This document shows, in pieces, positions 9,154 to 21,160 of a stretch of DNA of 64,000 bases. Each line of letters opens with the position of its first letter. Positions within the stretch are counted from its first letter, which is position 1. The stretch spans positions 77,167 through 141,166 of the forward strand of contig NZ_JBKBLF010000004.1 in NCBI RefSeq assembly GCF_046296455.1. The letters are read 5' to 3'. A model generated the notes under the pieces. That model saw only the letters and a program-made list of their open reading frames with translations. It made no database searches and had not been told where the DNA came from. This stretch comes from Microcella sp. (GTDB lineage: Bacteria; Actinomycetota; Actinomycetes; Actinomycetales; Microbacteriaceae). The position numbers and the translations under genes were made by a program.

Positions 9154-10404
9154 ATGAGCAAGCAAGACGGCAGCGGCCGGCAGGTGACCGCTGCCCCGAC
9201 CGACGACCTCAGCGCCCGGATCCTGCACCTCGACATGGACGCGTTCTTCGCCTCGGTCGAACTGCTCGACCGCCCCGAGCTGCGCGGTCAGCCCGTGATC
9301 GTCGGCCATCGCGGAGCGCGCTCGGTGGTGACCGCCGCGACCTATGAGGCTCGGCGCTACGGCGTGAACTCGGCGATGCCCATGGCGGTCGCGCTGCGCC
9401 GCTGCCCGCACGCGGTGGTGCTTGAGCCGCACTACGAGCGCTACCAGGCGGCCTCTCGCGAGGTCATGCGCGTCCTGGGCGACGTCACGCCGCTCGTCGA
9501 GCCGCTCAGCATCGACGAGGCGTTCCTCGACGTGAGCGGGGCGACCGCGCTGTTCGGCCCGCCGTACGCGATCGGCACCGCGCTGCGGGCGCGCATCCAC
9601 GCCGAGACGGGGCTCATCGCCTCGGTCGGAGCAGCCGCGACCAAGTTCGTGGCGAAACTCGCCTCGGGGCGCGCGAAGCCCGACGGGCTGCTCGTGGTGC
9701 CCGAGGCCGAGACCCTGGCCTTTCTGCACCCGCAGCCGATCACGGCGCTCTGGGGCGTCGGGGCGGCGTCGGCGCAGCGACTCGAACGGTTGGGCCTGCG
9801 CACGATCGGCGACGTCGCCGATGCGCCGATCGACGCGCTCACGCGCGCCCTCGGCCCGGCCGCCGCCGGGCACCTGCACGCGCTCGCCCACGGGCGCGAC
9901 CCGCGCACGGTGTCTCCCGAGCGCGCCGAGAAGACCATCGGTCACGAGGTGACGTTCGAACGCGACATCGCCGATGCGCGCCTGATCGACCGCGAACTGC
10001 TGCGGCTCGCCGAGCGCGTCGCCGAGCGCCTGCGGGCCGGCGGATGGGTCGCGCGCACGCTCTCGATCAAGCTGCGGTTCGGCGACTTCGAGACCATCAC
10101 GCGGTCGCAGTCGCTGCCCGAGCCGACCGATGTCGCCCAGCGCATCGCGACCGAGGCGCGAGCGCTCTACGCGGACTCGCCCGTCGTCGGGCGCGGACTG
10201 CGGCTCATCGGCGTGCGAGCCTCGGCCCTGCTGCCGACGGGCACGGTCGCGCGCGGGCTGTGGGATGACGACGAGCCCTGGCGCGAGGCGGAGGGGGCGA
10301 TCGACGCGCTCGCCGAGCGGTTCGGGCGCGGGGCCGTGCAGCGGGCGTCGCTGCTGCGCGGGGCCCCGCCGCGGCGGGGGAGCGTTCCCGACGCCGACGG
10401 CTGA
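9154..10404 (+). CDS. dinB: DNA polymerase IV (Y-family)
   Basis: ILHLDMDAFFASVELLDRPELRGQPVIVG and the rest of the Y-family palm/fingers/little-finger sequence. Start ATG 9154 chosen; the alternative GTG 9124 lies inside an upstream hairpin. Confidence 0.9.
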   Translation: MSKQDGSGRQVTAAPTDDLSARILHLDMDAFFASVELLDRPELRGQPVIVGHRGARSVVTAATYEARRYGVNSAMPMAVALRRCPHAVVLEPHYERYQAASREVMRVLGDVTPLVEPLSIDEAFLDVSGATALFGPPYAIGTALRARIHAETGLIASVGAAATKFVAKLASGRAKPDGLLVVPEAETLAFLHPQPITALWGVGAASAQRLERLGLRTIGDVADAPIDALTRALGPAAAGHLHALAHGRDPRTVSPERAEKTIGHEVTFERDIADARLIDRELLRLAERVAERLRAGGWVARTLSIKLRFGDFETITRSQSLPEPTDVAQRIATEARALYADSPVVGRGLRLIGVRASALLPTGTVARGLWDDDEPWREAEGAIDALAERFGRGAVQRASLLRGAPPRRGSVPDADG

Positions 10405-10448
10405 GTGCGCGGAGGCTGCAGACCGCACGGCGTCGGCTCGGCGAGCGG

Positions 10449-10470
10449 TGTCGGTGCGCTCGGCTAGCAT
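10449..10470 (+). promoter_or_regulatory. RecA-NDp / PafBC-type promoter motif TGTCGGTG-N8-TAGCAT
   Basis: Exact fit to the consensus tTGTCRgtg-8nt-TAnnnT. The -10 element ends 9 nt before helicase start GTG 10480, and there is no SD in between. Confidence 0.6.
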
Positions 10471-10479
10471 CGAGGTCTC

Positions 10480-12261
10480 GTGAGTCCGACCTACCGCCGC
10501 GCCCCGCACGTGGGCACCTTCGCCGCGGAGCACCTCTCACCCTCGTACCCCGAGCGCGCCGCGCGCGGCACGGCCGACCGCTTGCGCGCCTGGCAGGCCG
10601 AGGCCCTCGACCGCTACTTCGAGACCGAGCCGCGCGACTTTCTCGCCGCCGCCACGCCCGGCGCCGGCAAGACGACCTTCGCGCTGCGCCTCGCGGCCGA
10701 GCTGCTCGCGCGCCGCACGGTCGAGCGGGTGATCGTCGTCGCACCCACCGAGCACCTCAAGCGGCAGTGGGCCGACGCCGCGCACCGTGTGGGCATCCGC
10801 CTCGACCCCGCGTTCCGCAACGCCGGGCGAATCGTCGGGCGCGCCTTCCACGGCGCGGCCGTCACCTACGCGCAGGTCGCCGCGCAGCCCTTCGTGCACC
10901 GCGGGCTCGTCGAGCAGGCCTCGACGCTCGTGATCCTCGACGAGGTGCACCACGGCGGCGATGCGCTCAGCTGGGGTGACGCGATCCGCGAGGCGTACGA
11001 GGGGGCCACGCGGCGGCTCTCGCTCACGGGCACGCCCTTCCGCAGCGACACCGCGCCCATCCCGTTCGTCACCTATGTGCCCGACGCCGAAGGCATCCGC
11101 GTCTCGCACACCGACTACCAGTACGGCTACGGCCGTGCGCTGAGCGACGGGGTCGTGCGCCCCGTGATCTTTCTCTCGTACGCCGGCCGCATGCGCTGGC
11201 GCACGACCTCGGGCGACGAGATGGAGGCCGTGCTGGGGCAGGCCGACACCGCCGACATCACGGCGCAGGCGTGGCGCACGGCGCTCGACCCGGGCGGGGA
11301 GTGGATGAGCGGCGTGCTGCGGGCCGCCGACACGCGCCTCACCGAGGTGCGGCATGCCATCCCGGATGCGGGCGGCCTCGTCATCGCGACCGATCAGGCG
11401 ACCGCGCGCGCCTACGCGGGTCTGCTGACCTCGATCACGGGCGAGGAGCCCACGGTCGTGCTGAGCGACGAAGCCGGCGCATCCGACCGCATCGCCGCGT
11501 TCGCCGAATCGGAGTCGCGCTGGCTCGTCGCCGTGCGCATGGTCTCCGAGGGGGTCGATGTGCCACGGCTGGCGGTCGGGGTCTACGCCACGAGCGCATC
11601 CACGCCGCTGTTCTTCGCGCAAGCGATCGGGCGCTTCGTGCGCGCGCGGCGTCGCGGCGAGACGGCATCGATCTTCATCCCGAGCGTGCCCGCCATCCAA
11701 CGGCTCGCGAGCGAGCTCGAGCGCGAGCGCGACCACGCGCTCGATCGCGCGAGCGACGAGCTGCTCGACGACACTCTTCTGGCGGCGGCCGAACGCGACG
11801 AGAAGGCGAGCGAGAGCGAGCTCGCCGAGTACACCTACCTCGCACTCGAGTCGAGTGCGACCTTCGAGAAGGTGCTCTACGACGGCGACGAGTTCGGTGC
11901 GCTGTCTCCGGTCGGCAGCCTCGAAGAGCTCGACTTTCTCGGCCTGCCCGGAATCCTCGAGCCCGACCAGGTGCGCGAGGTGCTCAAGGCCCGCCACCAG
12001 CGGCAGCAGCGCCGTGCGGCCGAGCGACCCGCCGGCGCCGCTCCGGCGGTGCAGCCCATGTACCGCTCGCTCAAGGAGCAGCGCACGCTGCTGAACAGCC
12101 TCGTCGGCCTGCGTGCCAAGCTCACGGGGCAGCCCCACGGGCACATCCACGCCGAGCTGCGGCGGCTGTGCGGCGGCCCCGCGGTCGGGCAGGCGACCGT
12201 GGCACAGCTGCAGCTGCGCATCGAGCTGCTGCGCAAGCAGATGGCGAACGGCGGGGCCTGA
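10480..12261 (+). CDS. SF2 DEAD/DEAH-box helicase (type III restriction res-subunit-like core) with a ~190-aa C-terminal extension
   Basis: Walker A ATPGAGKTTFAL, motif II ILDEVHH, helicase C-terminal domain (MVSEGVDVPRL, QAIGRFVR). Confidence 0.85.
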   Translation: MSPTYRRAPHVGTFAAEHLSPSYPERAARGTADRLRAWQAEALDRYFETEPRDFLAAATPGAGKTTFALRLAAELLARRTVERVIVVAPTEHLKRQWADAAHRVGIRLDPAFRNAGRIVGRAFHGAAVTYAQVAAQPFVHRGLVEQASTLVILDEVHHGGDALSWGDAIREAYEGATRRLSLTGTPFRSDTAPIPFVTYVPDAEGIRVSHTDYQYGYGRALSDGVVRPVIFLSYAGRMRWRTTSGDEMEAVLGQADTADITAQAWRTALDPGGEWMSGVLRAADTRLTEVRHAIPDAGGLVIATDQATARAYAGLLTSITGEEPTVVLSDEAGASDRIAAFAESESRWLVAVRMVSEGVDVPRLAVGVYATSASTPLFFAQAIGRFVRARRRGETASIFIPSVPAIQRLASELERERDHALDRASDELLDDTLLAAAERDEKASESELAEYTYLALESSATFEKVLYDGDEFGALSPVGSLEELDFLGLPGILEPDQVREVLKARHQRQQRRAAERPAGAAPAVQPMYRSLKEQRTLLNSLVGLRAKLTGQPHGHIHAELRRLCGGPAVGQATVAQLQLRIELLRKQMANGGA

Positions 12262-12280
12262 CGACGGGCATGATGGGGGC

Positions 12281-13354
12281 GTGCGCGACACCCCCTATCT
12301 CGTCGTCGACGAGACCCTGCTCGAGGCCAACCTCTCGGCCATGGCCGCTCATGCCCGCGCGCTCGGGGTCGCCCTGCGCCCGCACGCGAAGACCCACAAG
12401 ACGCCCGAGATCGCGCACCGGCAGATCGCCCACGGCGCCGTCGGCCTCACGGTCGCGACGGTCGGCGAGGCCGTGGTGTTCGCCGATGCCGGGGTCGACG
12501 ACCTCTTCATCGCCTACCCGATCTGGGCGGTCGGGCCGCGGGCGCCCCGCCTGCGCGATCTCGCCGGCCGCGTGCGGCTGCGCGTCGGCGCCGACTCGGT
12601 CGAGGGCGTGCGGATGCTCGCCGACGCCGTGCACTCCGGTCGCGCGGGCGCACCTCCGCTCGCGATCGCGGTCGAGGTCGACAGCGGTCACCACCGCAGC
12701 GGCATCGCTCCCGAGCGCGCCGTCGAGGTGGCGACCGCGGCGCTCGAGGCGGGGCTGCTCGTCGACGGCGTCTTCACCTTCCCGGGGCACTCGTACGGCT
12801 CGGGCGCGGCGGCACCCGCGGCGGGCGACGAGGCCGCGGCCCTCGCGATCGCGCGCGACGCGCTCGTCGCAGCGGGCATCCCGTGCCCCGTCGTGAGCGG
12901 CGGCTCGACGCCGAGCGCCCGCGCGGCCGATGGCGGGGTGCTGACCGAGCTGCGCCCCGGCGTCTACCTGTTCGGCGACGCGCAGCAGTGGGAGCTCGAC
13001 ACGATCGAGCCGAGCGCCATCGCGCTGACGGCCCGTGCCACGGTCGTGAGCCGACGCGAGGGCGTCGCGGTCGTGGATGCCGGCAGCAAGATCCTGGGCG
13101 CCGACCGTGCCTCGTACGCGAGCGGCTACGGTCGGCTGCTCGACCATCCCGACGCCCGCATCACGGCGCTCTCAGAGCACCACGCGACGATCGCCTTCCC
13201 GCCCGACGCCGTCGTTCCCGCGCTCGGCACGGGGCTGCGTGTCGTTCCGAACCATGTCTGCAACGCCGTGAATCTCGTCGACGAGCTGGTCGTCGAACGC
13301 GGCGGCACGGAGGCGGGCGTGTGGCCGGTCGCGGCGCGCGGCCGCACCACCTGA
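12281..13354 (+). CDS. D-TA family PLP-dependent enzyme (alanine racemase N-terminal fold; D-serine deaminase / D-threonine aldolase-like)
   Basis: Track ORF 12113..13354 trimmed to GTG 12281. LRPHAKTHKT PLP-lysine motif, and a C-terminal HVCN metal motif. Confidence 0.8.
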   Translation: MRDTPYLVVDETLLEANLSAMAAHARALGVALRPHAKTHKTPEIAHRQIAHGAVGLTVATVGEAVVFADAGVDDLFIAYPIWAVGPRAPRLRDLAGRVRLRVGADSVEGVRMLADAVHSGRAGAPPLAIAVEVDSGHHRSGIAPERAVEVATAALEAGLLVDGVFTFPGHSYGSGAAAPAAGDEAAALAIARDALVAAGIPCPVVSGGSTPSARAADGGVLTELRPGVYLFGDAQQWELDTIEPSAIALTARATVVSRREGVAVVDAGSKILGADRASYASGYGRLLDHPDARITALSEHHATIAFPPDAVVPALGTGLRVVPNHVCNAVNLVDELVVERGGTEAGVWPVAARGRTT

Positions 13355-13360
13355 TCCGCC

Positions 13361-14188
13361 TTACTGCCGAGCGCGGCGAGCCCGCACGCCGCAGTACAGG
13401 CCGTAGGCGATGAGCCCCAGAGCGATGAGCACGAGCAGGGCGGCACCGAAGGGCAGCGCGGCGACCGATCGCAGCGCGCCGTCGAGCCCCGCGGCCTCGG
13501 CGGGGTCGACCGTGACCGCCGTGATGATGAGCAGCACACCGACGGCCGCGAGCGCGATGCCTTTGGCGATGTATCCGACCGTTCCGAGCACCGTCACGGC
13601 CGTCCCGGCCGAGCCGCTCGGCGTGCGGATGTCGTCGAGGAATCGACGGCGAGCTCCCTTCACCACGAAGTACCCGCCGATGCCGATCACGGCGAGGCCC
13701 GCGAGCCCGAGCACGACGATGCCGATCGGCGTCTGCACGAGGAAGGCGCTGATCTCACGAACGTCGTCATCGGACTCGACGCGCCCGCCGAGCCCGATCG
13801 TGACCGCCGGTACCGCGAGGGCGCCATAGGCCGCGGCCTTCGCGACGACGAGCACGCCCCTGCGCAGCTCGCCGTTCACGAGGTGCGCAAGCACGGCCTC
13901 GAGCAGCAGCCAGAGGGCGAGGCACGCGAGACCGGCGGCGATGACCCAGACGAGCACGAACCCTCCCGGGGTGTCGGCGACGGCCCGGATCGCGCCGGCC
14001 GGGTCGGCGTCGTCCCCGGCGCTGCTCGCTCCCGTGGCGACTGTGATCGCGAGCACCCCCATGAGCACGTGCAGCAGCCCGTTGACCGCGAAGCCGGCGC
14101 GCGCGGCCGTCTCGAACGCGGTGCTCTCGTGCACGGTGCGCGCGGCGGAGAGCAGGCGGGCGACGGCGGTGGTTCGGGCGGAGGCCAT
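13361..14188 (-). CDS. DUF1206 domain-containing membrane protein
   Basis: Repeated TM pairs with the FE.AARAGFAVNGLLHVLMG signature typical of DUF1206. Lies 18 nt downstream of dnaE2 on the same strand. Confidence 0.75.
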   Translation of the reverse strand: MASARTTAVARLLSAARTVHESTAFETAARAGFAVNGLLHVLMGVLAITVATGASSAGDDADPAGAIRAVADTPGGFVLVWVIAAGLACLALWLLLEAVLAHLVNGELRRGVLVVAKAAAYGALAVPAVTIGLGGRVESDDDVREISAFLVQTPIGIVVLGLAGLAVIGIGGYFVVKGARRRFLDDIRTPSGSAGTAVTVLGTVGYIAKGIALAAVGVLLIITAVTVDPAEAAGLDGALRSVAALPFGAALLVLIALGLIAYGLYCGVRARRARQ

Positions 14189-14206
14189 GCTTCACAGTAG
14201 GCCGGG

Positions 14207-17758
<3,552 letters not shown>

Positions 17759-17800
17759 CAGCGCGGCCCTCGCGTGCGATGCTGCCGGTTCGCCGCACGC

Positions 17801-19381
17801 TCAGTCATAGCGGGCCTCGGCCCACCAGCTGCTGCCCTCGAGCACGAGCAGCCATGCGACGCCCGCCGCGTCGACCACTTGCAGCCGGTGCAGCCGCCGG
17901 CGACGGATGCTCCACCACTGCTCGTCGAGCGGCCACGGCCCCGCCCACGAGGTCACGGGCCGAGTTGTTCCACCCGCGGCCGGGGCGAACCCGGCTGGGG
18001 GTGCGGAGAGCCGCATCCGGTCATCGATGCCGACCGCTTCTCCCCGCGCGTCGACGACCGTGACCGCATGCCGCGAGGGGAATACGGTGGCCGGTGCGGG
18101 TTGCGGCAGGGCTCCGGGCCACGGCCGCTCGACGGGGCGGGTGATGACGGCGCGGTCGCCCCACGGCACGAGCACGGATCGTTCGGCGAGCGTGCGGCCG
18201 CCCGTGCGTTGCGCGGTGAGCACGGCCTCGTGCCCGAGCAGGCTCTGCACGCGCGAGAGGGCGTGGTGCACGCGCTCGTCGGGCGCACTGCCCCACAGGC
18301 CGGGCTCGTGGTGGGCGAGGTCGTCGACGCTCTCGGGCACGATGCGCACGCGCGTGATGGCCGAGCGCAGGCCGGGGCCGCGGTCGGCGTCAGCCCGTGT
18401 GCCCGCCGTGCGCGTCTCGCCGCTGAGCTGCCAGCGCACGCGGTCGACGATCTCGCTCGCGCGGAACGACCGCGGATGCAGCCAGGCGCGCTCGGTCTCG
18501 GTGCCGTGTTCGTCGCGGAACCCGATGCGAATCGCGGTGGCGACGAGCAGCCGGCTCGTGAGGGTCTCGACGAGCTCGTCGGCGAGCTGCCGCACGGCGA
18601 AGGCGAGCTGGTCGATGCGGTCGAGCGGCGGTTCGAGCTCGAGCACGCGTTCGAGGTCGGGCGGGGGAGTGCGGGGCACGAGCGGGGTCGCGTCGGAGGC
18701 CCCCGCGAGGGCGTGCCGGTGGGCTCCGGCCGCGCCGAAGCGGTCGCGCACGGCCTGGGCGGGCAGCGCGGCGAAGTCGCCGAGGGTGCGCACCCCGAGC
18801 CGCCCGAGCAGGGTCGCGAGGTCGGGGTCGCCGAGCGTCGTGACCGCGAAGGGGGCGAGGAAGGGGCCGGATGCTCCGCTCGGCACGATCTGCACAGCAC
18901 TGTTCTGATGAGCACCGGCGGGCGCGACCGTGCGCGCGGCGAGCTCGGCCGCGAAGGGCCCGTCGGCGATGCCGATGCGTGTGTCGACCACGTCATCGTC
19001 GAACACGGCCCCGCGCAGCGCGAGCGCGGCGGCCTTCTCGCCGCCGTAGTAGCGGGCGGGCCCGCGCGCGGCGAGGGCGAGCAGGCCGGGCCGCACGACC
19101 TGCACGCCCGCGACGAGCCCTTCGACGACGTCGATGAGCGGGGCGAACAGCCGGTGGTCGCGGCCCTCGTCGAACGGCACGACGACGAGGCTCGTGCACA
19201 GCGACTGGGCCTCGCGCCGCCGCTGGCCGGATCGCACACCCTCGGCGCGCGCCGCGGGGGAGCACGCGACGACCCGGTTGGCCGCCATGACGGCGATCGG
19301 CGCTCCCGCGACGGCCAGCCCCTCGCGCACGGCCGCGATAACGGGCCAGTCGGGCACCCACAGCACGAGCGTGCGCTGCAT
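17801..19381 (-). CDS. imuB: ImuB, Y-family-like polymerase accessory protein of the mutasome
   Basis: 526 aa. MQRTLVLWVPDWPVIAA N-terminus. Positioned between imuA' and dnaE2, and its start overlaps the imuA' stop (TGATG). Confidence 0.9.
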   Translation of the reverse strand: MQRTLVLWVPDWPVIAAVREGLAVAGAPIAVMAANRVVACSPAARAEGVRSGQRRREAQSLCTSLVVVPFDEGRDHRLFAPLIDVVEGLVAGVQVVRPGLLALAARGPARYYGGEKAAALALRGAVFDDDVVDTRIGIADGPFAAELAARTVAPAGAHQNSAVQIVPSGASGPFLAPFAVTTLGDPDLATLLGRLGVRTLGDFAALPAQAVRDRFGAAGAHRHALAGASDATPLVPRTPPPDLERVLELEPPLDRIDQLAFAVRQLADELVETLTSRLLVATAIRIGFRDEHGTETERAWLHPRSFRASEIVDRVRWQLSGETRTAGTRADADRGPGLRSAITRVRIVPESVDDLAHHEPGLWGSAPDERVHHALSRVQSLLGHEAVLTAQRTGGRTLAERSVLVPWGDRAVITRPVERPWPGALPQPAPATVFPSRHAVTVVDARGEAVGIDDRMRLSAPPAGFAPAAGGTTRPVTSWAGPWPLDEQWWSIRRRRLHRLQVVDAAGVAWLLVLEGSSWWAEARYD

Positions 19382-20160
19382 CAGCCGACCCGTCTCACCA
19401 CGGTGTTCGATGACACAGCGTCGGGGGAGCCCTGCCAGCGCTCACGTGCCCGGTCGGCCGCGACGCCCCGATCGAGGCGCCGGATTCCCAGCTCGGCATC
19501 CGGCATCATCACGCGCCCGCTGCGGGGTCGCCCTCCGCGCTTCGCGCTCACGGTGATCGTCACCTCGCGCTCGCTCAGGTAGCCGTGGCCGTCTCCCAGC
19601 CCCGACCAGCGGCTCTCGGTGAGGCTGATCATGGCCTCGGCCTGGGGCCAGGGCCCGAGCACGAGCAGGGTCGAACCGCGCTCGCGCAGCCGCCCGGCGA
19701 GCTTGGCGATCGCGCCGTCGCTCGCCGCGCGCCCGGGGCGCACGACGACGATGCCGAGCGCATCCGCGATCGATGCGGTCACCGTCAGCCAGGCGTCGCC
19801 CGGGTGCGGCACGAGCACGAGCCGGTCGAGGTCGATGCCCATGGCCTCGGCGGCCTCGATGCCGAACTCGGGCATGCCGACGACGCCGCACCACGAGCCC
19901 GCCTGCGAGGGGCCGGCGAGCAGCGCCATGACGAGGGCGCTCGAGGGGCTCAGAGCGTAGGTCGCGCCCTCGCGCAGCCCGCCGTCGGGCAGCAGGTCGG
20001 CGAGCGCCTCGTGCGTGGGCATGAGCCGCGAGTCGAGCCGCGTGCGCTGCAGCGCGTCGATGCGGGCCTGCAGCGCCTGCACGGTCTCGACCGCCTCGAT
20101 GCGCGCGCCGCGGGAGTCGACCGCGGGGTCGACAGCGGGGGAGAGCGCAAGAGCGGGCAT
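19381..20160 (-). CDS. imuA': ImuA' (RecA-fold inducible mutagenesis protein)
   Basis: Track ORF 19381..20310 trimmed to ATG 20160 (MPALALSP...), preceded by GGAGAG. The longer ORF would run through the SOS box and promoter. First gene of the imuA'-imuB-dnaE2 cassette. Confidence 0.8.
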   Translation of the reverse strand: MPALALSPAVDPAVDSRGARIEAVETVQALQARIDALQRTRLDSRLMPTHEALADLLPDGGLREGATYALSPSSALVMALLAGPSQAGSWCGVVGMPEFGIEAAEAMGIDLDRLVLVPHPGDAWLTVTASIADALGIVVVRPGRAASDGAIAKLAGRLRERGSTLLVLGPWPQAEAMISLTESRWSGLGDGHGYLSEREVTITVSAKRGGRPRSGRVMMPDAELGIRRLDRGVAADRARERWQGSPDAVSSNTVVRRVG

Positions 20161-20170
20161 CTCTCCATGA

Positions 20171-20186
20171 TCGAACATACGTTCGA
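20171..20186. promoter_or_regulatory. LexA SOS box TCGAACATACGTTCGA
   Basis: Perfect match to the actinobacterial LexA consensus TCGAAC-N4-GTTCGA, 11 nt upstream of the imuA' start codon. Confidence 0.9.
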
Positions 20187-20207
20187 ATATGGCAACCTGC
20201 ACCGACA
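20186..20207 (-). promoter_or_regulatory. RecA-NDp-like promoter element TGTCGGTG-N8-CATATT upstream of imuA'
   Basis: The minus strand reads GGATGTCGGTG caggttgc CATATT. The -35-like box matches the PafBC motif exactly. The -10 is CATATT rather than TAnnnT and abuts the SOS box. Confidence 0.5.
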
Positions 20208-20240
20208 TCCGCCCGGCGTGTCGCGAACATCCCCCACAGC

Positions 20241-20297
20241 CTTCAACGGATGCGGAAGAACGCGAATTCAGATCACGAAGTTCCGCATCCGTTGAAG
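20241..20297 (-). terminator. Perfect 17-bp inverted repeat hairpin (CTTCAACGGATGCGGAA / TTCCGCATCCGTTGAAG, 23-nt loop)
   Basis: Located between the stop of the 20348..21160 gene and the imuA' promoter. No U-tract follows, so it is terminator- or insulator-like rather than a canonical intrinsic terminator. Confidence 0.45.
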
Positions 20298-20347
20298 CCT
20301 GCGCCAACAATCCTCACGACGACGAGGTCAGCCCTCGGACGAGGCGC

Positions 20348-21160
20348 CTACTCGTGGGACGCCTGCCAGCTCGAATCGATGCGGTAGAACTCCACCTCGT
20401 AGCACAGGAAGTCCGCATCGACCCCGGCGCCCTCGAAGCGGTACTCGATGACCGGCGCGTCCCGGTCGAAAACCTCGACTCTCCACCCTGCTGCGGCCAT
20501 GCAGTCGACGTACCGGTCAAGACCCTCTTCATACTCTTCCCGGGTGATCACGCCGTCGGCAATGGCTTGCGACTGTGCATCTGAGAGTGGCGGAGCGATC
20601 GGCAGGGGAGACCATGTCACCCGGATGACGTAGTCGGCTCCCGCTGTGCCCACGACCGAGACCGTGTGCGGACCCTCACCGTCCACGGCGTACCGCTGCT
20701 CTCCCGCACCTCCGCCTCCTTGATCACACTCGAGCCAGGAGTCGACGACTCCATTCACTCCGATCTCGAAGCGCCCAGGGTCAAGGCATGAAACAGCGAC
20801 GCTGAGCGACTCCGCACCGACAGGACGCGCGCCGACGGTCACCTCCGTCTTTCCGGTAGCAGTGACCACCAGGGGAGGCGGATCATTCTCGATCTGCCCG
20901 ACAAAAGCATCGTTGAGCAACTGGCTGACATCGACAGCGGTTGACGACGGTGGGCTCAGGATGCCGGTGGCAGCGACTGCCGCACCCGTCGTCGCCCCGG
21001 CAAGGGCGAAGGCTGCAATCGCTCCTACGATGATCGCCGCAGGATGAGCAGTGCGTCGACGGGCCTGCGTGTCGACCACAAGATCAACCAGCTGCGACCG
21101 CAGCTCGCGCTGGCGTGCCGACGAGTCCGAGGAAGTGTCAAGCGCCATGTGCTGCTCCAT
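20348..21160 (-). CDS. Membrane protein co-transcribed with the ECF sigma factor (putative atypical anti-sigma factor)
   Basis: 270 aa: a ~35-aa cytoplasmic head, a single TM (AAIIVGAIAAFALAGATTGAAVAA) and a ~210-aa Cys-containing extracytoplasmic domain of unknown family. The start overlaps the sigma gene by 23 nt (alternative ATG 21148). Confidence 0.6.
   Translation of the reverse strand: MEQHMALDTSSDSSARQRELRSQLVDLVVDTQARRRTAHPAAIIVGAIAAFALAGATTGAAVAATGILSPPSSTAVDVSQLLNDAFVGQIENDPPPLVVTATGKTEVTVGARPVGAESLSVAVSCLDPGRFEIGVNGVVDSWLECDQGGGGAGEQRYAVDGEGPHTVSVVGTAGADYVIRVTWSPLPIAPPLSDAQSQAIADGVITREEYEEGLDRYVDCMAAAGWRVEVFDRDAPVIEYRFEGAGVDADFLCYEVEFYRIDSSWQASHE

Noticed and set aside
10480-12261. 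SF2 helicase with a type III restriction res-like core as part of a restriction or defence system
   Set aside because: There is no adjacent methyltransferase, nuclease or other defence partner. Its neighbours are DNA-repair genes and it carries a DNA-damage promoter motif.
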